NCBI GenBank assembly: GCA_013265495.1
Contig: MU057801.1
Coordinates: 62,001-126,000 of the forward strand
Direction of reading: 5' to 3'
Length of the DNA: 64,000 nucleotides
From: Vicugna vicugna
Lineage: Eukaryota
The translations under genes and the position numbers were made by a program. Below are positions 33,011 to 47,014 of the stretch, one piece after another. Position 1 is the stretch's first letter. Every line of letters begins with the position of its first letter. Below the pieces are notes generated by a model. It made no database searches, was not told the origin of the DNA, and saw only the letters and a program-made list of their open reading frames with translations.

Positions 33011-36000
33011 GTTGTGCCTGGGCCCCCACCCCCATTTGGGTTGGGCCAGAGGGGACTGTGGGAGGGATGGTTTAGCCCAGCACTGAAGCAGGTGTGAACT
33101 CAACTCCCTTTCCTGGCTTTCACGAAAACCCTTTCCACCTTCTGGAGAGAAGCAAGGGGGCCAGGTCTTCAGGAAGAGGAGAGCTTTAAGCTCTAATCTG
33201 CCCCTTTGCTGGGGACCCGCTACGGCGCCCAGAGACGGGGAGGCCTTGTTTTCCCGAGACGAGCAGCTCTGAGCGGAGGCTCAGGCCTGCCACCCGGGTT
33301 CCCACTCTGTGTGGTAACATGAGGTCAATAGAAGCTGATTGTAGGGGGTCAGAAACCCCCCCAGCCCCAGGCCAGTGCACGCGGGGGGCCTTGATCCTAG
33401 ACACAGGGCTGGGTGTGTTGTGACCTCCGAGGTGAGGATGCTGGGAGGGGAAAGGCAGCTGGTTTAGGATTAAGACGGGGTTGGAGAGGAGTCCGAGCTG
33501 GTGGACCCACAGTGAAGGAGCTGTCCTGTTAGCCAAAGGAGGTGGAGACAGGGCACAGAGGCCCGGACGCTTCTAAGGAGGGAGTGTGACCTCTGGGACT
33601 GGAATTAAAAGCTAGAGAGAGATTAGGGTGCCTTAGGGCTGTTGAATCCAAGCCTGTCTGTTTTCTCCAAGGGCCACAAGGCTGTAACCAGGACTGAACC
33701 TTTACTTCTGCAAACCAGGATGGGGTCGGGGTGCGAGAAGGCCAGGAGCAGTAGTGAAACCTGTGTCCATTCTTTCAGGGGCTGTTGGATGACCCAGCCT
33801 TCCCCCCAGGAGTGCCCTAAGAGCAGGCGGGAGGGCCCTCTGCTCTGTGTGTTTAGCCCCCTCCAGCCTCATCCCCCGTCATGGCAGGAGAAGTCCAAGG
33901 GGTCCAAGGATGTGCCAGCCAGAGCCGACATCCTCCTCCGCCTCTCGCTGCAGACACACAGCTCTCAGATCCCCTGCCCTCATGCCCCACGCCCGCTTGC
34001 GCTGCCCGGCCGGGCTCTTCCCCAAGCCCCGAGGGCTGGCTCTGCTTCTGGAGATGTAGTTAATACAGCCCCCCCGCCTCCACTGTAGACTGGAGGGCTT
34101 GGCAGGGAATGTGAGGTGGCCGGTGCTTAGACAGGAAGGCTGGGGTGTCCACAGAGCTGTCGAGGGAAGAGAAGGGTGACCGCCGTGGGGTAGGTGCGGC
34201 ATGGCCCCACGTCCCTGCATCCAGCACACGTCACTGAAGAGTCTGGAAATTCTGAACTGAAGCGGGCTTTCCAGGTCCTTATCGAGGTCTGTCTGTCATG
34301 GCAGAGAGTAGAACTCGTGTCAAATAACACCTTGTAGTCCTGATGGTTCACTTAACAAAGTTCAGGCATAAAGTGTATGAACCCCGACGTGTCCTCTGGC
34401 CCCAGGCCTTGGATGTGGTGCCCACCCAGCATCCCCCTGGGAGGCGTGAGAGCCCAGGCAGGGCCCGTGGCACGCTGTCTCCACGGTCCACTCGGACTGG
34501 CCACCGCGGGTCTGTCCCCTGTGTCCTTGGCTCCTTTTTCCAGAAGTCTGACCCCAAGGCTTTCATTATGACCCAGAGCAGTCTCCTTCTGACGTGAGTT
34601 TGTCGTCACCCCCGAATCCTCCCGATGGAGCCCGGGGAGCCTGGTGCCTCCCCTCCCTCCACCTCGCCTGCCCCGTCGGCCTCCCGGCCCTGAGAGCGGG
34701 TCAGACGCCGCCCTAGAGGACAGGAGGGGGAGGGCCCCGGGGAGGAAGGCCCTGTGCTCCACCGAGAGCCTGCAGAGCCTGGCAGTTTGTAGTTGTAGCC
34801 TGTACGAAACTGAGTGATGTGAAACTGGGTTTGTGCAACGCCCGCTCGAATGTGCTTGTCTCTCCCAGCAGAAGATACGAACGCCCTTGCCCAGCCGAGC
34901 GAGACTGTTCAACCCGCCCGGAGTTCAGAGGCTCGGTTTCAGACAAAAACCACCTTCTCGGTGAAGGCAGCAGGCATCACTGAGATCTCTGCTGAGCTGG
35001 GTGGGCTTCCACGACTCTTTTGTAGACAGAGAAAATAAAAAATTGTTTTGGAGAGCCACTGTTTATTCCGTACGCATCCCCCTTGATCACACGGACGCTG
35101 GCTGTGGGCGGTGCTAATACTGGCGGTGCGCACTCACTCTGTGTAGAAGGTGTTTAGTTACTTCGGTGTTGGACGGCGGGCTGTCACTGAGTGCCCCACA
35201 TGGAGTCTGCAGGCTTAGAAGGAGGGCCAGCTGCTCTCCAACCCACTTTCTAAGAGCAAGAACGGGGACTTTGAGGCTCTGATCCCCGTCACCCGTGATG
35301 CAAGTACACGTGTGAACACACGGAGAAGCCCCCCTTCCCGGCCTGCTCTATTTCGTTGGGAGTTTGGCGTCTGTTCTGCGGATTTCTTTTGTCTTGTGGT
35401 TTCCAGCGAAGATGTGCTGGCTTGGACACACACCAGGAGACCTTCCGAGAATTCTGACTTGTGCAGAAACGAAAGAGCTGGGAAACATGACTGGTTGAGG
35501 ACGTGGTGAGATGAGTGGGTCGTTAGGTTTTAGAGAGAAGAGAAGACTCCTGATCCCAGACTCTGCAGGAAAAACCCAGCCACAGGCAGAACATGTGGAC
35601 TCCGCAAACCAACGTCCCCGTGTCTCAAGGGGGTGGGGGGCCTTTCCATTGTGCCGTGTGGGTCGACAGGGTGGATTGCGTGTTGCTGGCACTTGAGGTT
35701 ACCTGGGCATTCCTGATGCCGTGGTTCTTCCTCATGCTTTTGATGCAGCCATTCCCTGAAAACCCCTCCTTTCAGCCTCGATGACGTCTCTGTAAAATCT
35801 CACGCACTTACTTTTCCAGTGAGCATTTATTGAGCACATCCGTGCCAGGCACTGTGTAAGGTCCTGGAGAGGCTAGTCTGAGTAAGGCACATGGACCCCA
35901 GTGTCCGGTTGGCTAGAGGAAGCTCTTTTCTTGTTCTCGTCATCCTCTAAAGACGTGGAACCTTCTGGACTGAGCATCTGGCTTCCTTCAGGTCTCCTGA

Positions 36001-36204
36001 TGGCACCGTTTAACTTGGTCAAGAGGACAGCTGGAAAGGGTTCACGTCTTACTCGGGGCAGATGATGTGGTTTCACGGATGAAGCACTGGCTTCAGTCTG
36101 CAGATCCGGCTTCCTCCCTTTGCTGTCTGGTGTCGCTGCAGTGTACGCAGGATCCGATCTGAGCGGCCTCGGCACAGACCTGTGGTTTAGAGCCGCGGCG
36201 GTGG

Positions 36205-36410
36205 GTGCGGCAGGGGCTGGAGTCCCTTCTCCCCGCTCACCGGAGCTGACTGTTACATTCTCGTGAATTCTGTAAGCCCATCGATGTCACTTCGGTGGGT
36301 TGACATTGGCCACAATGGGAGTATTCATCCGACAAAGTAGGTGAATGCTAAAACGTGGGGCTTTTATTCCCCAGAAAGCCAGCGGTTAAGCATTTTCCAG
36401 CACGGCACTG
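36205..36410. mobile_element. MER63 (hAT-Blackjack)
   Basis: ttggccacaatgggagtatt..agaaagccagcggttaagcattttccagcac. Confidence 0.7.
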
Positions 36411-36991
36411 ATTAACGGGGGGGCGAAGTATTCTAAAGGTGAAGCGGGAAGAGGGAAAGGCAGCAGCGCACGCAGGATCAAAATGAGGGAGAAAGAAGCA
36501 AATCAGCGCATGAGGTTCCGGGCAGTGTGTGCCCTGGATTATTACATAGGGATGGTGGCCCTCTTCTTCCCTCCAGAGAGGTGGCTGTCATGACATTGTA
36601 ACCTAGGATGATTTTATTTTATTTCACTTTATCTTATTTTATTTTGGTAAGAACACTCTCTTAAAGAGAACATTTTTCTGTGGCCCTTTAGACTTGGTGT
36701 GTGTCCTTTACACTTTCATCAACTAATGACCAACCAAAACATATTACGAGGATGAAGGGTATTGGGTTCAGAATTGTATCAGCCCGTTGCTGGCATATCC
36801 CTAGAGCATTCCCAGAGGCCCTTTTCTCACTGATGTTCTAAGAAATACAGAATAATCCAGTGTTACCGTCAGTTCATAATGAAATAGGTAAAGCTGCACT
36901 GAACACAATTTGTGATCCATCCAAGCCGATCCCAACCTGATGAATTACATTTGTTTGTAGTTTTTGAAAGTGAAAAATACTTGATCTGATA

Positions 36992-37258
36992 GGAAACAAA
37001 TTTAGGGTTACCAGTGGAGGGGGGAGGGGGAAGGGAGGGATAAATTGGGAGTTTGGGATTTGCAGACACAAACTCCTATGATAGATAAACAACAGGGTCC
37101 TACCCTACAGCACAGGGGACTATAGTCACTATCTTGTACTAATGTATGATGGAAAAGAATCTGGAAAAGAATTTACATATATGTTTGACTGAATCACTCT
37201 GCTGTACACCAGAAACTGACACAACATTGTAAATCAACTATACTGCAGTTTTTAAAAA
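36992..37258 (+). mobile_element. L1 3' end
   Basis: gggataaattgggagtttgggatttgcagac..acattgtaaatcaactatac. Confidence 0.9.
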
Positions 37259-37967
37259 GGAAGGGGGAAGGAAAATTCTTGGTCTGAGAGATACTTCATG
37301 CTGGTAGAAGAAAACCTGACAACAGCCTAAACTGCACAGTCATATTTGTTATTGGTTAACATTTTACAGAAGCATCAAGTAATCTTGCAAAATATATATT
37401 CAGAATTTAACCCAGGAAAATTGGAACTTCATAGAGATAATGAAAACCACCACAGCTGCCTTGCAGGCCGGCGCTCGACCAGAAGGCAGAAGCCTGTTCG
37501 ATCGATCATGTCTCTGATATAAAGTTTACAAGGAATAGAATTTATCCCTAAAACCTACTTTCCATAAATTTAAAATTAAATGGGTATCCATATGGAAAAA
37601 TAAAGACTCTAAAATCCCTACCTCAAAATTAATTTGAGATGGATCGTAGATCTGTACATTAAAGCTAAAACTATAAAACTTTTGGCATAAAACATAGAAT
37701 ATTCAAAAGCTTTACATTCTTATATTAGAAAAGAAGAAAAGTACAAAATTAAAATAAGACAGAAGAAGGTTTTAAACTGTTATCTATACTGTAGAAGGAA
37801 CTGACCAAGGAATTAAGATGGCTTAATGGAGTTGGCTCCAGAGAATATTTTCTCCGTGAAAATGACCAATATTGGTATGATTCCAAGTGAAATATTTGTG
37901 TTTATTAAGCACTGAGTTAAAACTTCCTTGAGGACATAAAGGCCACATTAAAATAACAGGACACACA

Positions 37968-38806
37968 AGTCAGAAAGGCCATCATTAAAAAGTCCACAAA
38001 TGACAAATGCTGGACAGGGTGTGGAGAAAATGCTGGAGATTGTGTCCTACACTGCTGGTGGGAATGTAGTGAGTGCAGCCACTATGGAAAACAGTTTGGA
38101 AATTCCTTTAAAAAGCTAAAAATAGACTTACCATATGTTCCAGCAATCCCACTCCTGGGCATGTATCTGGAGGGAACTCTAATTTGAAAAGACACCTGCA
38201 CCCCAGCATTCACAGCAGCACTATTTACAACAGCCAAGACACGGAAGCAAAAACCTAAATGTCCATTGACAGATGACTGGATTAAAGGAGTTGTGGTATA
38301 CATATATACAATGGAATACTACTCGGCCATAAAAAAGAATAATGAATAATGCCATTTGCAGCAATGTGGATGGATCCAGCGACTGTCATTCTAAGTGAAG
38401 TTAAGCCACAAAGGTAAAGAAAAATACCATGTATTATCACTTATATGTGGAATCTAAAAAACAGACACAAGTGAACTTATTTACAAAACAGATACAGACT
38501 CACAGACATAGAGAACAAACTTATGGTTGCCAGGGGGAAAAGGGAATGGGAAGGGATAAATTGGGAGTTTGAGATTTGCAGATACACATTAGTACGTATA
38601 AAACAGATGAACAACAAGGTCCTTCTGTACAGCACAAGGAACTGTATTCAATACCTTGTAGTGACCTATAATGAAAAAAATATGAAAAAGAGTGTATGTA
38701 TGTATATGTATGACCAAAACGTGCTGTGCACCAGAAACTGATACAATATTGTAAACTGACTATACTTCAATTAATTAATTAATTAATTAATTAATTAATT
38801 AAAAAA
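37968..38806 (+). mobile_element. L1 ORF2 end and 3' UTR with (TTAA)n tail; older L1 fragments at ~37590-37760
   Basis: ggccatcattaaaaagtccacaaatgacaaatgctgg..ccagcaatcccactcctgggc. Confidence 0.95.
38769..38802. repeat. (TTAA)8 self-complementary microsatellite
   Basis: Read directly from the sequence. Confidence 0.95.
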
Positions 38807-39599
38807 GAGGGTAAAAACATCTTTACAACAGTCCAAAACTCTGATCAGAAAATTCCATTTCACTCAAGTCAGAAACTTAAATTTAAAACAAAAAAAGAGA
38901 GGTAAACACATGCAGCTGAGCCCCACCCCGCACCCCTGGGTGGTGTTGGAAGGGGTGGAAACGTGCCTTGGTCTTGCCCACCTCACCCTCAGCTGAAGCA
39001 TCTTCCCTTGGGTGGTCCAGAGGCCTCCCTCTCTTGGTTCATCTAGGAAATGCCCCGCACAGGTGGCATCTGCAGGTTCTGTTCTGGTTCGATGGGGCTT
39101 TTTCTTTATCAGCGTGTGCTCTACTTTATGCCAAGATCTTTGAACATTTGCTAAGCTGATCATGAATAGCTGATATTCCACCTGTTTCGGAGAACTCATG
39201 CTCATCTTTCTGAAGCCGTTCTGGTCCAGGCATATTTGATGGAAAGGAACATAAATCTGCCCAAACTAGTCAAGAAAAGGGGACACTTACTGTCAGGACA
39301 CAAGACGCTCTGAATCGTGGCGCTGCCAGGCCTGGTGGGACGTTACAGCCATCACCCCGAGGCCAAGACTCAGACTCTCAGTGGCGCGTGGGCGTTCTCC
39401 CCTCCTCCGCACCTGTGAGCCGGGGCTCCCATAGCCGCTCACTCAGGGTATCTGCTCCTCAAAAACTAAGCTGGCTTAGGGCTCACAACCCAGCTCTTAT
39501 GCATAAGCACCTGCCCTGCGCCTCTCAACCAAGAATTTTGAGCAGAAGATTCTGCTTCGTCTGAGAACAGCCGGTGAATTACTAGCTTGGGCCAGTTAT

Positions 39600-39980
39600 G
39601 ACACCGCGGCTTCGTGCCATCAGTTGAGAGGGCGGGGCACCTGGGTGAGGAGAGCAGATCCGGGGGCGCTGGAGAACGGAAGCGCTTACATCCCAGCTGA
39701 GGGGAGCGGGAGAGCAGCCCGCAGCGCCCCTGCTGGAACGGCCGCTCCCGCTCACCGCGACGCTAGCCGTCCGCGTTTTACGCAGAACGCCCGGCTGTGT
39801 TGAGTTGCCGGGGGTAGCACGCCCGTCCCGTGCCCCGTGGGTGCTGGCATTCCCCTGCATGCGGCCTGGCTCCACCCGCCAGCTTGGCCGGAGGGCTCTC
39901 TTTGGCCCCAGAGCCCATTCTCCCTTCGCCAGGGGTGCGCCGGAGGTGCTGGTGGACCACGGCCGCCTGGGGGCGGCTCT
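39600..39980. promoter_or_regulatory. CpG-rich segment
   Basis: High CpG density in non-repeat sequence. Confidence 0.3.
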
Positions 39981-40659
39981 CAACCATTCCCTGGGGGGAG
40001 CTGGACAAGGACCCCAGCTCCCTGGTCCCTCGGTTGGGACGGTCTGAGGAGTGGTCTACACTGGCTGTCAGGGTTCCCTTCCCAGTCGCCGACACTGGCT
40101 GCTTGCTTGGTGATGCACTTCGTACTGGCTGTCCTTCCTCCCAGTGTAACATCCCGTGTCCCCAGCCAGGGTGTCCCGACGGCACGTCTCACAGACTGCC
40201 TGGACACGAATTCTGGACTTGGGGTCTCTGGACACAGTGTGTTCAAGTGTTTAGAACGTGTATTCCTTAATCTGTGTATCTGTGGTGTAGTCTGTATCTG
40301 CGAGCTGCCAGACTAAACCCCCAGGTAAAGCCAGCCGCGTCCGCAGAGGCCTTCAGTGACGGCCAGGGAGCCCTGGAGGGGAGCTGTGCACCCCAGGGCT
40401 CACAGGCTGACAGGTACCCCTGCCATGGTGTCCCGTCCCTGGTGTCTTTAGGGTTAAGGGTTGATATCCCTTATGGGACTTCTCCATTGTACGTGTGAAG
40501 TCACCGCATCTGTCTGCTTGGTGTGACTACTTACCACGTGAGGTTTCTCAGATGAGGAGGTTGAAATACACATATTTTTAAGGTGTCGAAAGAGAATGAC
40601 GGGGGTCGCCCCCCTCCCTTCTCAGCCCTGTTGCAGGCAGGCAGAGTGCACCAGCCCCG

Positions 40660-43600
40660 AGGCCTGAGTCATGCCCAGGAGGAGCTGTCACCCAGAGGGA
40701 CCTGGAGAAGCAGCAGGCTGATTCTTGGTGGCCCGAGGGATGGAACGAGGGCGTCGGGTCGGAGGTGAGAGGGGTGGTCTCCCGCCCGAGGGCAGGAGGA
40801 ATTTCTTACAGCAGAGCTGCCTGCCTGTGTCCGGGGCACATTCGTTGCCCCAGGGAGGCATCCACACCTCGGCTGTGGTGGGCATCGGCAGACCTTCTGG
40901 ATGGTGGCTGCGGCCAGAGCTTCTGTAAGACGTCCGTTTTCCAAGGACGAAAGGGATGGACGTCCCCTGGAAATTAGCCCCAGTTACAGGCCACTCCTGT
41001 ACTGTTTCACCCCTGAGCACCATGCTTAAGAAAAAGAAGAAAAATTTTTTGATTATCCGTGGTTATTGTGCACATTTAAAAGCACGGTTACTGAGGAAGG
41101 GGGCTGGGACTTCAGTTCTTTGCTTCGGATTTTTTTCCTTCCCACAAACTAGTTTCTCTTTTCCATGAAGAGTTTTCACGATCTTAAAACTGGTAGAAGT
41201 TTGGCTAATGACAGAGAGAAAATCAGTGCTGATCAGTGATACCAGAGGCTCAAAGAAAAATAATTTTAAATTCATGTAATTTGAATTGTCAAGCCAGAGC
41301 CTGGAATAGAGTTTTTTGGTCCAACTTGTAAAATCCAGGGTAATACAAAGATAATTATGGAAGTATTCAGAGACCTTCCCTGGATCCAGACGCAGGACCG
41401 CCCCACTGGCTTTTACCTCTTAGTAAAGACGAGAGCATTCAAAGGAGAGGACCTGCCGTCGCCGGAGCCACTCAAGGAAGGAGCTGGGAGAAAAGGTGAC
41501 AGGACTGGCCTCGACCTGACAGGTCCCCAGGGGTGAGTCATTTTCTCCTACTTCAGCCAGTTTGGCTGTAAACGAGTCATAATAATGAGATGTTGTTTAC
41601 TGAGAACTGACGTCCACTTTGTCTCGCTTCACACAACTGCTGGAAAGGAGGGGGAGGGAGGGAGCGATCAGAAAGCTTCCGTGGCCGAGCCAGCAGCGGG
41701 GGTGAGAGGCCTCGGCGCAGATGAGCCAGGTCTCTTTCCAATCAGTCGCGGGATTGTTGGGATCAGGTAGCATCCAGGGATGTCGGTGTGAGCGGCACTG
41801 CTGCTGCTTCGTGAGTTTGCGCTGGTGACCTGGGGCGAATGAAACAGGAAGGGAATAGGCTGATTAAATCAACCAAGGTGGAGGGGTTGGGAGGGTCCAT
41901 CTCCGATGTGTTCTGTCTTGCTTGATACGGCCTGGAGCCGGACAGAGCCGACGCTGGAATTTTGCCAGTGACTTAACTCGGCTCCGTGAGTCAGTGAACT
42001 GGAAATCGGACACGGGGTGGCCCAGCCCCCGTCGGCCAGCCTGCAGCCCAGGTCCAGGTGGAGGCGCCCCTGCGCCCAGCCGCAGCGGCTCCGGTGGAGT
42101 GGGCTGGGAAGCCGGCCTGGAGTGGTCTTGCTCAGAGGCAGTCCACAACAGCCTGGAGCCAGGCAGACGGCGGAGTGAGTCCTTGCTGCTGAAATTCCAG
42201 GACAGACTTCACCTCCGCTGTTGCTCTGGGGGCCACGTGGAAGCCACTGAGAGGCTCCCCCCAAGTGGCAGAGCCTGGTGTTGTGGGAGAGGGAGGGACA
42301 GACACTTCCTGCCTTTGTCCTTTATTTAGCTGGCCTGCAGCGACCAGCTTCGTTTACATTCCCCCAGTGGTGTTATTGAAAAGGCTTGGCAGCTCCAAAG
42401 TGTTTGCAGTGTCCTTTAGTCCCATTAGGGCTCCCGCTTCCCTTTTTTTTTTTTTTTTTTTTTTTTGCTAGCTTTCAGCTAGCATCTGGAAGGAGCCACC
42501 CGGCGCACTGGGCTCCTTTTTCAAGAATCCGCTCTCCCGTTCAGGGAAACCAGGAAAGGAGCAAGCGTCCACCGTCCAGGTCAGGAGGAATTGTACATCC
42601 TCTCCAACTACGGTACCTTTTCTCTTTCTTTGTCCAGCCTGTTACTGGGGTGGTTTTAGGACCGAACTGCTAGTGTGACCCCTCAGGGGGAGGGGTGGGA
42701 ACCACACATGGAAAGAAAGTCTGCTTTTAAACTGTATTAAATTTCTGTCTGTGTTAAGGTGTTAGAGGCTATGGTCTGGGAAGGAAACTCTTGCTACAGC
42801 AGGAAAGACCTTAAAGCCAGACTTCTCTGGGGCCCTTCAGAACTTTATTTGAAAAAACTGGAGTGATGTGGGATGTGCTGTCCGCTTGGGTTTCGTCCTG
42901 TGGGAGGACCTGCCAGGGCACTTGGCAGCCTGTCCTCGTCACCTGCCCTCATCTCCACCCCGAAGCAGCCTTTCCAAGAAGTCGGGGTGCCACCTGCATC
43001 TTCTTGAAGAAGCAGGATGGCTCTGCCGGCCCCACTCGGCATCCAAACCCGGTGCTCCCTGGGGGACCACTGAGGCGGGGGAGCAGCTCTTCAGGCAGCC
43101 AGTTAAACCAGTAAACTCCTGGAGTCCAAACTGCTGCGTTGAGATAGGCAAAACTCACTGCCTGTCTGGCCCATCAGAAAGGGTTTGTGTACGGAAAACT
43201 GAGCAGAACAAAGAGACTTGGGTCTGGAATGAGGAATGACGCCTTGGCTCTGGCCGAGCTGCTCCTGAACTGCTGTGCGATGTCAGGTTCCTTGACGAGA
43301 AAGCTTCTGGAAGAAAAGAATTAACAGGCGTTACGTTTGGTTTCGAGGCGTGTACATTTTTTATGTGTGTGTTTCTGGGTGGAAACAGTCAATCATTTGC
43401 TCTCCAAGGTTACAGCGTGGTTCTTGTTCTGCTCTTTGTTCGGAAGGCAGCGCTGTGTTTTCCTCCTGGAGTCGCTCCAATACCCGGACTTTGCTAGTAA
43501 GTGATGGACTTCAAAGGGCTTGGAGCGGGGGCTCCTCCGTTCAGTGGCTGAGCCCGAGAACAGGAACCTCAGAGTCAGCAAGGGTCGCCTTGGAGAGCTC

Positions 43601-46600
43601 ACCGTCTCCCCAGGCTTTTGGAACATTGACCTTCATCCCAGCGGGATGGCGGGTGGAAAGAATCACGGGGAAGACACCTGTGAACCTTTAAAGTGACCGG
43701 GCCATGGAGAAGTGACTAAAATGGGTGACGGCTCCGGAAGGAGGGGTGGCTGTGGCTGCATTCTTGTTTTCCTCGATGGAATTCCACGGGCCCTCGCAGC
43801 CCACTGTGACTGTGAAAGGAGAGACGGATCGGGGCTGAAACGAGCCTCACCCCAGAGATCGCTGGTTACTGACGCCTGCAGTTCTCTGCAAAGTAATGAT
43901 GCTTTTCCGCTTGTTGAAATGCCCCTCTGGTGCTGCTGGCTCTCTGTCCCCCGGCTAATAATGAAACAGCCTCAGCAAACTGGCAGCAGCTACTGTGACT
44001 TCGGTGGCTTCCCGCCCCATCCCTGCAGCTGAACCCCTTTTAATGTCCCCAGATGTGTTTTCCTTTCATGTTTCCTGGTTTGTCCTTGCACTGTGCTGGT
44101 CAGGATTGGACCAGCTACATCGCGCATGCTGTGTGGCCAGGAGGGCAGTTTTATAATTACTCTTGGTCCTGGAGGACGGTTCCGGGTTGCTCCCCGACGC
44201 ATCCTCCAGGCACGCTGGGCAGGGCGAGGCCAGCTGCCTGGGTGTGCGTGTGTTTTTCTCAGAAGAGGACATTGAAGGTGTTGTAGCCAAGAGGGACGAT
44301 TATTGGGTTTGAGACTCGAGTGAGGGAAATTCCAGGCCCAAATAGCCATGGTTATGATTCAGAATCCTATCAGGCCCTTAAATTCCCCTCCACGTTCCAA
44401 AGTCCACCCCCCTCCATGGGCCATCGTGGAGCTGTTTACACACTGTTTCTTACACAAACTGATCTCTGTAAACAGGAACACAGGGTTTCATTCCAGGCTT
44501 TGATTTCTAAAGAGAAAACAGGGATTGATTGCCAGCGCCCTTGTGTTGACCTTGCCTGGGGGGAGAGGGCTGGCATGGCTAATAATGACCTCATCCCATT
44601 CTTGCAGGATTTCCTGGGACCTGCAGGGCCTCATTCTTCCGCCACCCCTCTGTAATCAGCCACATTAAGTCCATGAGCTTTGGAGCAGATTACAGTGACA
44701 TCTAAAGTTGTCCCTTTGGGACTTGAGCGTGAGGTCAAGCAAACACACAAAGCAATCGCTCTGCTTTTTGCAGGCCCGGAGACCTGCGTCAGCTGGAAAA
44801 GCGGGTGGTAGGGCCGTGAGGTGGGGCACAGTCTAGGAACCGTGCCGCCCGAGACAGGAAATGGGCCTGAAAGGAGATGGAAGGCTTGGGTGGGAAATAC
44901 AGTGGCATTCAGTGGTTGATGGAAAAAGATCTTGGCAGGACTGTTGTTGTGAGTGTTCTGTGGCTTAGAAAGGAATTTCCTACAGGCTGGACTAACCATT
45001 TAAAATGTCTCTACCTTCAGGAGTCCCAGGCGTGCTGTGGAGCCCTGCTGGGGAGATGTCGGCTTGGACCATGGGCGCCCGCAGTCTGGACAAGCGAGGA
45101 AGTTTCTTTAAGGTAAAAGGAAGCCTCGGTTGGGGTGGCTCACGGGCAGCTTGCCCCCTGTGCCCAGCTGCCCCGAGAGCTGTGGATGCTGCGGACAGCG
45201 GCAGGGAGAAGCCTGGCCGGGAGACTTGCCCGAGCCCAGCTGTGCGCTGCTCTCGGGTTTCCCAGTAGGTGGGGGCTTCTGTGAGTCAGTGCTTCACAGC
45301 CCAGGACCCGGGCACCTGGAGATGCCACCCTCTGTGAGACGATCGCAGCCACCTCTCTTTGTCAGCTGCTCAGCAGGTCCTTTTTCAGCCGGTGGTTTTT
45401 GACGGGAGTGGACTTGGCATTGGGGTGAATCTGTGTAGGTGCCTGTGCTTCACACTTGGCTTGAGTGTGTGAGTCACTTAAGGGCTCATTGAAAAAAAGA
45501 GAGACCTGCACATTATTCCTGGGCCTCGCCCTAGACGGACTGGGTGTTTTTGCCTGTGTGTTTTATCAAACTCCTCCCACGATCAGGCTGCAGAGAACTG
45601 AGGAGCTTGGTGAAAACTGTGCTGCGTGTCTGTGCGCGGGCTGATGTCCGCGGGGCGCCTGGCGCGCGTGACGAGCTTCTCAGCGGGTGTTTTCCGTCCC
45701 CCGCGTGTGTATGTGGTTGAAATCCAGACTGGGCGAGCATGTCTGCTGTGCACTTGGGAATTAGTCTTCTTCTTAGGGCCTTTGCTTTGTGTCCTCTCAC
45801 TCACCCTCAAAATAATGCAGACTCGTTGTTGAACATTTGGAAACTACCGAGTCACATAGAAGAGGAGAGACATGGAGGTAAAGTGTGCATTTGCACCTGT
45901 CGCCGGCAGGTGTTCGAACTCCAGGTCATTTCCTCAAAGGAGCGATGAAATCGGGGCCTCTGAACCTTATCGCTGAGGGAAACTGACGGTGTTTACTAAC
46001 TGCCCCGCCTTGCTGGGCGGCAAGTACACACGAACTCACATTTACGTGCTTCCTGTTTCCAGGAGCCCAAACCTGACTTACTGTGTCAGTTCCGGGCTCC
46101 ACAGATTCCATGGGAAGAGCTGGTTGGTAAAGCAAAGCCAAGTTCATGCTGGCAACTGCGGTCAAGGACGACATTGCCAGCACGCGGGCCTGTTGTGTCT
46201 GCGCAGGAGGAGGCCAGGAGGCATATTTGTAGGGTCTAGAGGTCCAGACCCAAATCCTTTAAGCTGCATTTTTCCAGACAGAGAATTACCTGGGTTTCAG
46301 CTGAGTTTGTGACATAATATAGTTGAGGACTGGTGGGTACAGCAAGCTAAGGGTCTGTAAGGGGTCTTGGCGAGTGAACCATTCTTAAGCTGTGTTCCCA
46401 GGTGAGAAGACTGTTTGCCAGGATCGACTGCTTTGTAGGAATTTCCTGCCGTGAACAGCGAAGTTATTTGTTGGTTTACAATCACTTCCTGGAAGAAATC
46501 GTTACGTTGTGTTGACACAGATGGTCTCGATTCCCAGTCCTAATAGTTAAGCTTTGTGAATGTATTTGTCTCTGTAACCCGCTGACTCGACTCCAATCAA

Positions 46601-46700
46601 AGCTGTGTAACGTCCGCCACCAGAGGCACAGGAGGCCCCCCTGCGCCCCCCCAAGCATCCTGTCTCCCAGGCACTAACCCGCCAGGCTCCTGACTCATCT
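40660..46700. promoter_or_regulatory. AP-1-rich enhancer cluster in a repeat-poor region
   Basis: Perfect TGA(G/C)TCA at 40665, 41534, 41987, 45282, 45470 and 46691; almost no recognisable interspersed repeats from ~39.6 to 47 kb. Confidence 0.5.
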
Positions 46701-47014
46701 CTGGTTCCTGGAGCCTGTCTTATGCTGAGATGCTCATTTCATCCTGGTCAAAGGGATGAACCCAAACCCCCCCCTTAACCCAAGGCACTGCCTGCATCAG
46801 CCTGAATATTGGCTAGTCCATAATTACCACCTTATGCTCAGGAAGTGCAGAGGGGCTAAGCTCACAGAGTAGTTAGATTTTAAAGTTCAAGCAAAAGGGG
46901 AAAATGGGGTAGAGTCGGAATGGCCTTGGAGATAATGCTCTTATGATGATGATGATTGTGATACAGGATTAGTGGTATCACTAGCAATAATAATAACTTT
47001 TATGGCAAAGGAGT

